From a virus (taxonomy: Duplodnaviria > Caudoviricetes), in the IMG/VR virus record IMGVR_UViG_3300029288_000072, positions 134,443 to 198,442 of that record: 64,000 bases of DNA; one strand, 5' to 3'. Made by a program: the position numbers and the translations under genes. Below the pieces are notes generated by a model, which was not told where the DNA came from, searched no databases, and was given only the letters and a program-made list of their open reading frames with translations. How positions within the stretch are numbered: position 1 is the stretch's first letter; every line of letters begins with the position of its first letter. Shown here one piece after another: positions 31,291 to 38,955 of the stretch.

Positions 31291-31296
31291 ATTATT

Positions 31297-32610
31297 TCAA
31301 ACCTCTCTTATCATTTTTACTTTATCTATTATAGCTTGATCACAATCAAGTTCAATATAATTCTTATTTTTCAAGAAAATTTCTGGGTTGTTTACAACCG
31401 TCATACTCGACAAAGGCAAATCTTCTATTTGTAAATTCGACATTTCAAAAAATTTATCAAAAAATTGTTTAACAGTATATGATTTTCCTGACAAATTAAC
31501 ATATTGATTAAAAGAATCTATTGACGGCAAATATGTATTACTCAAAAATTTTGATATTTCTTCTACATTTGTTGGCATAAGTTTTAATTCTGTTGGTATT
31601 ACAATCTTGTCTTGAGTATTTTGACATCTACTATAAAACTTATTTATCATATTATGTACATCAGATTTTTCCAAAGAAAATAAATTAGCAAGTCTAATTA
31701 TTTTAATATATTTTTTAATTAATGCCTTTTTATTTGGTATTAATTCAACAGAAGACAATATACTATCAAACCAATTTTCGTATTGTTGTTTTGATTTGGC
31801 ATATGCGCTTACTTCGCCAGTCTGATAAACATAATCAGTAGAAAAATGTAATAAATATAAATTATTTTGTAAACAAAACTCGGTTAATTGTTTTGGTATA
31901 AAATAATTTGCATATGTAAAATCATCATTTTCTGCTTGGACATTTGTTTTTGCTATACAATTTACAATTATATCATTTTCACTTGTTTTTGATTTTAAAA
32001 TCAAATTAAAAATATCATTTATATTTTTATCATTTATAATATCTTCTATTGGTATAACATGATACTTATGCATTCCCATGTTTTTAAATAATGTATTTGT
32101 TAGTTTTTTACCCAATCTACCATCTGCGCCCAAAATAAATATTGTTTTATTTTTTTCAACTTCTGTTTCATATCGGATTTCATCTATTTGTTCTTTTTTA
32201 TTTTTTCCCATGAATAATGATGATGGGAAATTTGCTGTTTTTGCATCGTCTATTGTAGATAGATTTCTATAGGAATGTATTACTGTTGGATCTACTTTTA
32301 TCCTATATATTTTATTTGGATTAGTAATAAAATATTCTAATTTGTTATCATATACAAACATATAAACCATTGATGAGTTTAAAGTTATAAACCAATCTGT
32401 TTGGGAAGTATGATAGTGTGGTCCCCTCATAACAAATGGTTTAGTATGTGAATAGTAACACATTTCTGGTTGTGAATCTTTGGTTTGTTTATCGTCAGTT
32501 CTCCACAATTCGCATAGAAACCCTCTTGAGTCATTAAACTCTTTAAGTTCATCTATTATTACTTTATGATCAAAAAAAGATACCAATCTTGTATGATTTA
32601 CTGTGTTCAT
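31297..32610 (-). CDS. RmlC (3,5-epimerase cupin)-RmlD (4-reductase) fusion
   Basis: DSRGF, RGPHYH, HSY; GADGRLG, HFSTDYV, YAKSK. Confidence 0.85.
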   Translation of the reverse strand: MNTVNHTRLVSFFDHKVIIDELKEFNDSRGFLCELWRTDDKQTKDSQPEMCYYSHTKPFVMRGPHYHTSQTDWFITLNSSMVYMFVYDNKLEYFITNPNKIYRIKVDPTVIHSYRNLSTIDDAKTANFPSSLFMGKNKKEQIDEIRYETEVEKNKTIFILGADGRLGKKLTNTLFKNMGMHKYHVIPIEDIINDKNINDIFNLILKSKTSENDIIVNCIAKTNVQAENDDFTYANYFIPKQLTEFCLQNNLYLLHFSTDYVYQTGEVSAYAKSKQQYENWFDSILSSVELIPNKKALIKKYIKIIRLANLFSLEKSDVHNMINKFYSRCQNTQDKIVIPTELKLMPTNVEEISKFLSNTYLPSIDSFNQYVNLSGKSYTVKQFFDKFFEMSNLQIEDLPLSSMTVVNNPEIFLKNKNYIELDCDQAIIDKVKMIREV

Positions 32611-33050
32611 TTTTTTCCTATTTCAATTTCTTTTGTTATTTTATTATTCGTTTTAGCCATATCAAATTCTTTTTTACTTTGTTTTCCTCCACCAAATTTT
32701 AAAATAATATCACAATAATTTATAAAATATGATGATTCGTCACCAAATTTTTCTCCAAGTATTATTTTTATATCAACATTAAATAATTTATATTGTTCTG
32801 CTTCTTTTGCTGATATACCTATTGTTTTCCATTTTCTGTGAGTTGCTTCTTTATATGCAATACCAGGAATACCTATATTTGTCAATCCAGAGACTATAAC
32901 AATTTTTTTGTCATTATATTTCTTTTCTAATTTATCGAATTCGATTTTTATTTTTTCTTTAGCATCATCTAAATCAAATTTTGATTCATCACTATATCCT
33001 ATTATACCAACATAAAAATCATTAACAAATTCTTTGAATGTTTTATTCAT
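32607..33050 (-). CDS. Stand-alone SLOG-superfamily nucleotide-binding protein with capsid-targeting-like N-terminus
   Basis: GIIGYS, IVSGLT..GIP, TIGIS, CDIIL.FGGG.QS..E; N-terminus MNKTFKEFVND. Confidence 0.6.
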   Translation of the reverse strand: MNKTFKEFVNDFYVGIIGYSDESKFDLDDAKEKIKIEFDKLEKKYNDKKIVIVSGLTNIGIPGIAYKEATHRKWKTIGISAKEAEQYKLFNVDIKIILGEKFGDESSYFINYCDIILKFGGGKQSKKEFDMAKTNNKITKEIEIGKK

Positions 33051-34036
33051 TTTATTTTCCTTATTTTTAAATAATATTCTATTGTTTCATCCAACGCTAT
33101 ATCAAATGATGTTTTATAATAATCTTGAATTTCTTTTGTAACTGATAAACAGTATACCATATCATGTCCAGGTCTATCTGTTATATATTCTATTTTGGGA
33201 TTAAATTCTTTACATTTAGTCAAAAGTATATTAGCAATTGTATTATTATCTAATAAATTATTTGTATCTGCTAAATGTATTATTTGATATTTTTTATCTT
33301 CTAATTTTATATTATTATAAATTATATCATTTATTATTTTAACGGTATCTTTAACATATGTCCATTGGCGGCAATTTTTTCCTTCACCATAAACTTTTAT
33401 TGTTTCTCCATTAAAAATTCTATGTAATGACGCAGGTATCATTTTTTCTTTATATTGATATGGACCAAATTGATTTGCCATTCTTATTAGAATAACATTT
33501 AATCCAAATGTTCTTGCCATTGCCTCTAAATATGCATCCTGTGCAACTTTTGAAGCACTATATGGATTTGATGGTCTATATGGAGAATCTGTTTTAAAAT
33601 CTATTAGTCCCTTTTGATCTAATGGAATATCGCCATATACTTCATCAGTTGATATATGATAATATTTACTTATTTTATTTACTCCAAATAAATCAATTAC
33701 TTTTGCAGGAATAAGACTATTTTCTTTGAACATTATAGATGGAGTCTTTATAGAATTATCAACATGGGATTCGCTTGCAAAATCTAAAATATCTATTAAA
33801 GTTTCATTTACAAAATATTTTAGTGTGCAAATATCATGAATATTACTATTAATAGGAAATATATCATATTGTTCGCACAATTTTAAATATTCTTCTTTTA
33901 TATGCTCTGTTGCATATCCTAATTTATCAATAGATATAATTTTGATATAATTTTTTCTTTCTCTTTTTACAAATTCTTGTAAAAAATTATATCCTATAAA
34001 TCCAGAACATCCGGTTAAAATTAATATTTTTTCCAT
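33047..34036 (-). CDS. rmlB: dTDP-glucose 4,6-dehydratase
   Basis: TGCSGFIG, DKLGYA, ASESHVDNSI, ISTDEVYG, NPYSASK, DRPGHD. Confidence 0.93.
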   Translation of the reverse strand: MEKILILTGCSGFIGYNFLQEFVKRERKNYIKIISIDKLGYATEHIKEEYLKLCEQYDIFPINSNIHDICTLKYFVNETLIDILDFASESHVDNSIKTPSIMFKENSLIPAKVIDLFGVNKISKYYHISTDEVYGDIPLDQKGLIDFKTDSPYRPSNPYSASKVAQDAYLEAMARTFGLNVILIRMANQFGPYQYKEKMIPASLHRIFNGETIKVYGEGKNCRQWTYVKDTVKIINDIIYNNIKLEDKKYQIIHLADTNNLLDNNTIANILLTKCKEFNPKIEYITDRPGHDMVYCLSVTKEIQDYYKTSFDIALDETIEYYLKIRKIK

Positions 34037-34047
34037 ATATTTCCTCT

Positions 34048-34092
34048 AAAAGAAATGAACACAGGATAGTATTATAACATATCCTGTGTTCA
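34048..34092 (-). terminator. Rho-independent terminator after gene 32 (13-bp perfect stem)
   Basis: TGAACACAGGATA (34056-68) / TATCCTGTGTTCA (34080-92), then TTTCTTTT on minus strand. Confidence 0.75.
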
Positions 34093-34108
34093 ATTCAAGC
34101 TAAAGATT

Positions 34109-35095
34109 TCACTTTATGTCAAAATCATCATCATTAAAATCGACATCATCTAAATCTGTATTGTCGATTTCGTCATCATCTTTTGCTTCTTCTACTTTTG
34201 CTTCTGTTTTTGGTTTTTCTGATGCTTTAGGAGTTTCCTTTTCGACATCATCATCACCAAAATCAACCTCGGAACTACCGATTTCTGCATTATCATTTGT
34301 GACTTCTGTTGCAGTATTTGTATCTGCTACTTCATCATCATGTCCTTTTAGACCACCAATTAGGCATTCTCGCAATTCATTTGCTGTCTTAATTGGGTCT
34401 CTTTCAAGGATCTTATTCTTAATTACAAGTTCCTTTGCTGTCTTATATACTTCTTCCATTTTTTCTTCATTTTCATCAATTGGCTTGCTACCACCAACGA
34501 ATTTAGAATCTGAATAATCTGGCCATTCTCCCTTTTGCTTCATTAGAAGCAAGAAGTCTTTACCTTCAAATGGATCCCAGAATGGTGCTTCATCTTCTGA
34601 TGTTTCTTCAATTTCATCCATCCACTTATCAAATAATGTCTTTGATGCTTCATAGATTAAAATTTTACCAACCATATCTTGATTAGCCTCTGGTGCCTCT
34701 TTAACATAAACTTTTACGAAATAACGAGGTTTGCGATAAAATTGTTGGGCCTGCTTCTTATCAAGTGCATTATCGCTGGAATATAATTCTGCAGCTTTAT
34801 CTGCAATTGGGTTTGCAGCCTTGCTATCAAATGAACGAGGGTCGATAACTTTAATATATTTATTATCTCCCTGTCTCTGGAACATATGATATCTAATCTC
34901 TACCCAAGGCTTTCCTGTAGGTGATTCGTCGTCTAAAGGAAGAATACGAATACGGTATTTTGCTTTCGTCTCTCCTTTTACAATCACTGGCTTGAAAAAG
35001 CTTTCGCTGGCATATGAACTGCCCGGTTTCTTGCGTTCCTCTCCGATCTTTTGTTTGACCTGTTGGAACTTATCTTTTACTGACTTAAAGCCCAT
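34109..35095 (-). CDS. 32: Single-stranded DNA-binding protein (T4 gp32-like)
   Basis: IRILP, PW, Y..VYV, GKILIY, FWDPFEG.DF.L, YSDSKF, acidic C-tail. Confidence 0.9.
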   Translation of the reverse strand: MGFKSVKDKFQQVKQKIGEERKKPGSSYASESFFKPVIVKGETKAKYRIRILPLDDESPTGKPWVEIRYHMFQRQGDNKYIKVIDPRSFDSKAANPIADKAAELYSSDNALDKKQAQQFYRKPRYFVKVYVKEAPEANQDMVGKILIYEASKTLFDKWMDEIEETSEDEAPFWDPFEGKDFLLLMKQKGEWPDYSDSKFVGGSKPIDENEEKMEEVYKTAKELVIKNKILERDPIKTANELRECLIGGLKGHDDEVADTNTATEVTNDNAEIGSSEVDFGDDDVEKETPKASEKPKTEAKVEEAKDDDEIDNTDLDDVDFNDDDFDIK

Positions 35096-35123
35096 ACTGT
35101 TTACTCCTTACTTGCTGGGTACT
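35095..35123 (-). repeat. Four AGUA motifs over the gene 32 RBS/start
   Basis: TACT on + strand at 35095, 35102, 35109, 35120. Confidence 0.6.
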
Positions 35124-35124
35124 T

Positions 35125-35727
35125 TTATATGCAATGATTGCATATTTGTCGGTTTTTTATTGTTTTTAACATACTTTCTGATCTTTCTTTTAATAATGCA
35201 TTTAAATTCTTATCTAATATTCGTAACTTTACATTATCATAATTATTAATAAAAGATCGTAATAATATTTTTTCTACTCTTTTTAATTTTCTTCTATCTA
35301 TTAATTTCATATAAACTACTATAGCCTCATCAACTTTATTTTCTCGTACATGACTTTTTATATATTGCTCACAATAATCCTCAAATGATAAATTGTTTTT
35401 TATACAGTAATTTTCTATAAAATCAAATCCTTCTTTTACATGTTGTAAATATAATGATACTGTTGATTTGTTTTTTTCCCATTCTTCATATAATTTATCA
35501 TTATCTTCATTAATTAATGAGAATGGATCGAATCCCTTCACATCATTATTATACACACAACAAATATACCCGTCAACATCTTTTTCGGTCAATCCTCTAT
35601 CAATAAAAAGTTTTGCCATTGCCTCAAAATAGTTTTTATATGAACAATTTAAATACTTATCAAAAGAAAGTACATATTTCTTTTTTAACTTATTACACTT
35701 ACAATATATTAAATAACCAGTAATCAT
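35125..35727 (-). CDS. Helicase loader (T4 gp59-like)
   Basis: TG..IY, YF..M..., LYEEW.K pattern; T4 order 33-59-32. Confidence 0.6.
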   Translation of the reverse strand: MITGYLIYCKCNKLKKKYVLSFDKYLNCSYKNYFEAMAKLFIDRGLTEKDVDGYICCVYNNDVKGFDPFSLINEDNDKLYEEWEKNKSTVSLYLQHVKEGFDFIENYCIKNNLSFEDYCEQYIKSHVRENKVDEAIVVYMKLIDRRKLKRVEKILLRSFINNYDNVKLRILDKNLNALLKERSESMLKTIKNRQICNHCI

Positions 35728-36008
35728 AATACTTTTTTCATTTCCTTTTCAAATATTTTTTCTGATTCTTCATGCAATAAGTCTAAATTTCTAGTATTTA
35801 ATTTTCCATATAATTGATTTGGTTCTACACCAAACATTTCTGACATTTTTATGATAATATCAAATATATTAAACTTCATTAATCTTAATTTATCTACCAT
35901 ATTATTTATTGCTTCTTTTTCTATTTTGTGTACTTGCTGCGCTGACATATTTAACTCTGATCCTATTTGTTCATATGTTAGGTTTTTTTTAACTTTCTTT
36001 GGATGCAT
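35724..36008 (-). CDS. Sigma70 region-4-like HTH fused to gp33-like late co-activator segment
   Basis: LTYEQIGSELNMSAQQVHKIEKEAINNM matches sigma4.2; C-half resembles gp33 core; gene-33 position upstream of gp59/gp32. Confidence 0.6.
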   Translation of the reverse strand: MHPKKVKKNLTYEQIGSELNMSAQQVHKIEKEAINNMVDKLRLMKFNIFDIIIKMSEMFGVEPNQLYGKLNTRNLDLLHEESEKIFEKEMKKVL

Positions 36009-36103
36009 TGATAATTCCTCATAATGTTTCCTTTATATTTCATAGCGTTTAAATAAACATTACCATATTATATCATTTTTAATTATCAATGCAAGAATTA
36101 TTT

Positions 36104-37573
36104 TCAGAAATCTTTAATCTCCCTCGTCTTAACTACTGTAGTATCAGATGGTTTTTCATCTTCATCATTCATTTCGGTTTCTATATCCAATGTATCCTTT
36201 TTCGGTTGTTGTTTTTCTTCTGTTTTAGTATCCGGCTTTTTTGCAGTTATTTTTGGTGTTGCCGTAGATTCTTGGTCGTCTATAAGTTTCATATACTTAT
36301 AATTTACTTTTGCTAAGAATGATCCACCATTCCTTGAGAATCTTGATTTCGCAATTGATATAATCATAGAATCATCATCATCCAAATCACTATTTCTTGC
36401 CATTGTAACCAATACATCAACGGTTTGTGCAATTCCAATAGAGTCCGCTACATCTTCCATTCCTATGTTTGTTTGTCCGTATGATTGTCTGCCAGTTTGT
36501 GCAGCCGACATAACACATGCTTTATATTCAATAGCCAATGCTCTTAATTCTTCACAAACAGTTACAATCTTTCCATATGTATTATCAGAAAATGCCTTTC
36601 CATTTGGCCTTACTAATTTCAAATAGTCAACTATTATAAAATCTGGTTTAAAATTACTTTGTAGTTCAAGATTTTTTAATAATACTCGTATATCATTTGA
36701 TGAAATTGCATTTGGTGCATATTCTTTATATACTAATCGGCCTAATGATTTTCCATCCTTCTTTAATTGTTCTCGTCTAATAATAGCTTTCTTCAACGCT
36801 AATGCAGGGTCGATGTTTACCTCATCCATAGGAACATTTGCAAATTTTGCATCTGTTCTTTGTTGGATATAATTTTCACTCAATTCTAGAGACAAATATA
36901 AAACATTATATCCATTAAAAGCTAATGTCGATGCAGCGTCATTTAATATTAGCGTTTTTCCTACGTTTGACGGACCAGCAAATACGAACATAGATTTTCT
37001 TCTATATCCGCCACCTATTCTATTATCCAATGATTGGATTCCAGTTGGAATAATTTCTTCTCTTATATTTGAATCTGCTAATCTTTGTTCTAATGCAGAA
37101 AAATATTCTACACCAACGCTTTCATCAAAACTTATTTGGAATGCATCTTCCATAGTTTTAACAATTTCTTCATGCTTATGTTCATCAATAAGATCTGTTA
37201 CTTTTATAACAGCATTTATTATTCTTTTTGTTTTAATAAATTTCTTTGTTTCGTCACATATCCAATCATAGTTTTTTGCAACATCCAATTCTATAGAAAA
37301 TGCTTGAGTCAGAGTATCAAGACTTTGACCCAAGCGTTTTTCACTTTTCTTGGCTATAACAGGTAATATTTTATCTTCTAGAATTTTTGGACTTGGAGAC
37401 CTGTTATATTTATTAAAAAAACTTTTTATTCCTAAAATAACATCCTGTGATTTTGGGGAAAATAAATCGGTAGTCATTTTAGAAACATATGTTCTGCAAT
37501 AGATATCAGATGATATTAGAGATTTTATAATATAAAATTCTATTGCATCAAAATCATGTTGTACATCAGTCAT
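36104..37573 (-). CDS. 41: Replicative DNA helicase (T4 gp41 / DnaB-like)
   Basis: IPTG, AGPSNVGKT, SLELSE, KEY, IIVDYL, EELR, AQTGR, DSIG, KSR. Confidence 0.95.
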   Translation of the reverse strand: MTDVQHDFDAIEFYIIKSLISSDIYCRTYVSKMTTDLFSPKSQDVILGIKSFFNKYNRSPSPKILEDKILPVIAKKSEKRLGQSLDTLTQAFSIELDVAKNYDWICDETKKFIKTKRIINAVIKVTDLIDEHKHEEIVKTMEDAFQISFDESVGVEYFSALEQRLADSNIREEIIPTGIQSLDNRIGGGYRRKSMFVFAGPSNVGKTLILNDAASTLAFNGYNVLYLSLELSENYIQQRTDAKFANVPMDEVNIDPALALKKAIIRREQLKKDGKSLGRLVYKEYAPNAISSNDIRVLLKNLELQSNFKPDFIIVDYLKLVRPNGKAFSDNTYGKIVTVCEELRALAIEYKACVMSAAQTGRQSYGQTNIGMEDVADSIGIAQTVDVLVTMARNSDLDDDDSMIISIAKSRFSRNGGSFLAKVNYKYMKLIDDQESTATPKITAKKPDTKTEEKQQPKKDTLDIETEMNDEDEKPSDTTVVKTREIKDF

Positions 37574-37592
37574 TAGTTAGAACCTCTACCAT

Positions 37593-37621
37593 ATTATATC
37601 AAAGATTTGAATGGGAATCAA
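37593..37621 (-). promoter_or_regulatory. Sigma70-type promoter for gp41 (TTGATT-17-TATAAT, extended TG)
   Basis: -35 at 37616-21, -10 at 37593-98. Confidence 0.6.
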
Positions 37622-38811
37622 TTTTCTTTTTCGGAATCTTCTGTAGTTTCTTCCTCTATATTTTCTACAGTATCTTCAAGAACATCGTCAAAATCACCTT
37701 TTTGTAGACTTTCGTAACAAATCGATTCTTCTACTTTCTTATTCAAATCTTGAAGAATTCCTTCCCAAACATCTTTAGAATTTTCTTTTAGATATAATTG
37801 CTTTTCAAAAAACATTTTATCTAAATGTTTAACATAAACTCTGGTTGTTCGCTTTTCAAAAAATCCATGTTCAATTCCATCAACAATAAGATCGTAAAAT
37901 TTACTTAGACCTTTTGTAAATGATAATAATATTTCACATGAAAGACCTTCTGGAACAACTCTATTTTTATCTGTTCTTGCTCTTAAAATAACACCTTTAG
38001 CAACTTTAACATTATCGCCAGCGGCATTCTTTTCGTCCTCTCTAATTGTTTTCTTTGTTAAAGAGATTACACCAGTACATGCATAAATAAATCCTTCACC
38101 ACCACTCATTTTTCTTGTAGGAGCGGCATGTGGATTTGCTGCAGCTTGTTCATAACTATGGTTTATAACTACCATTGGGATATTATAATGACCACATTTA
38201 TTTGTTAGTGCTCTGGCACATGTACGCATTTCTTTTGCACGTTGACCCATGTCAGATGCATGTTTTCCTTCTTCGATATCATTAGATTCTTTTGTTCCTA
38301 GTAAGTTTCCTATAGAATCACATACCATAAATAATTTTGCATCATCTCCAAACTTTTCTCTCCACTTTTTCATATCATTTGATGCCATATTTCTAAATTC
38401 ACTAATTGTTTCTGGTGTTCTGATAATCAACGAATCAGTATCTACACCAATTCTTGTTAAAAACATTTTATCTACAGCATTTTCAGTATCATAATAAATT
38501 ATTTGATAACCTTTCTTTTGTGCTTCTCTTGCTGCGCATCCTGCTAATAATGACTTTCCGCAACCGGATGGACCATGTAAAGCATATAATCTATTACTTG
38601 CATATCCTTTAAAATATGATCCACTAATCATTCTATTAAATGCATAAGATCCGGACGATATAAAATCGACCATATTTCCCTTCGCATCATCTAGTAGTGC
38701 TGCTTTTTCATCATTAAGACTTTCTACGAAGTCTAGTGCCCGCTTTGCGGCATCGGATAAACCACTTTTTGCTTTTGGCTCATCTGTATCTATTTTCTTT
38801 GGCCTTGCCAT
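37618..38811 (-). CDS. uvsX: RecA-like recombinase UvsX
   Basis: GPSGCGKS, YDTENA, DSIGNL, DMGQRAK, INH.Y, SGG.G, KNR. Confidence 0.95.
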   Translation of the reverse strand: MARPKKIDTDEPKAKSGLSDAAKRALDFVESLNDEKAALLDDAKGNMVDFISSGSYAFNRMISGSYFKGYASNRLYALHGPSGCGKSLLAGCAAREAQKKGYQIIYYDTENAVDKMFLTRIGVDTDSLIIRTPETISEFRNMASNDMKKWREKFGDDAKLFMVCDSIGNLLGTKESNDIEEGKHASDMGQRAKEMRTCARALTNKCGHYNIPMVVINHSYEQAAANPHAAPTRKMSGGEGFIYACTGVISLTKKTIREDEKNAAGDNVKVAKGVILRARTDKNRVVPEGLSCEILLSFTKGLSKFYDLIVDGIEHGFFEKRTTRVYVKHLDKMFFEKQLYLKENSKDVWEGILQDLNKKVEESICYESLQKGDFDDVLEDTVENIEEETTEDSEKEN

Positions 38812-38822
38812 ATTTTTCTCCT

Positions 38823-38878
38823 TACTTGTTGTACTTCTGTGTACTTGTTTACTTCGTGTACTTGTGGTACTGTTTACT
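38823..38878 (-). repeat. Seven (A)AGUA repeats at 7-10 nt spacing in uvsX leader
   Basis: TACT at 38823, 38832, 38842, 38850, 38859, 38868, 38875; the 38823 copy abuts the AAGGAG SD. Confidence 0.85.
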
Positions 38879-38955
38879 TTTTCGTTCCGAAGAACTTATA
38901 TCTATTTAGATTCGTTCTACGATTTTAAAATAAACTTTTTGTACCACATAAGTAC

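Noticed and set aside
38823-38878. CRISPR-like or mini-array in the uvsX leader
   Set aside because: The repeat core is only 4-6 nt with 3-6 nt spacers and there are no cas genes; kept as a leader motif instead
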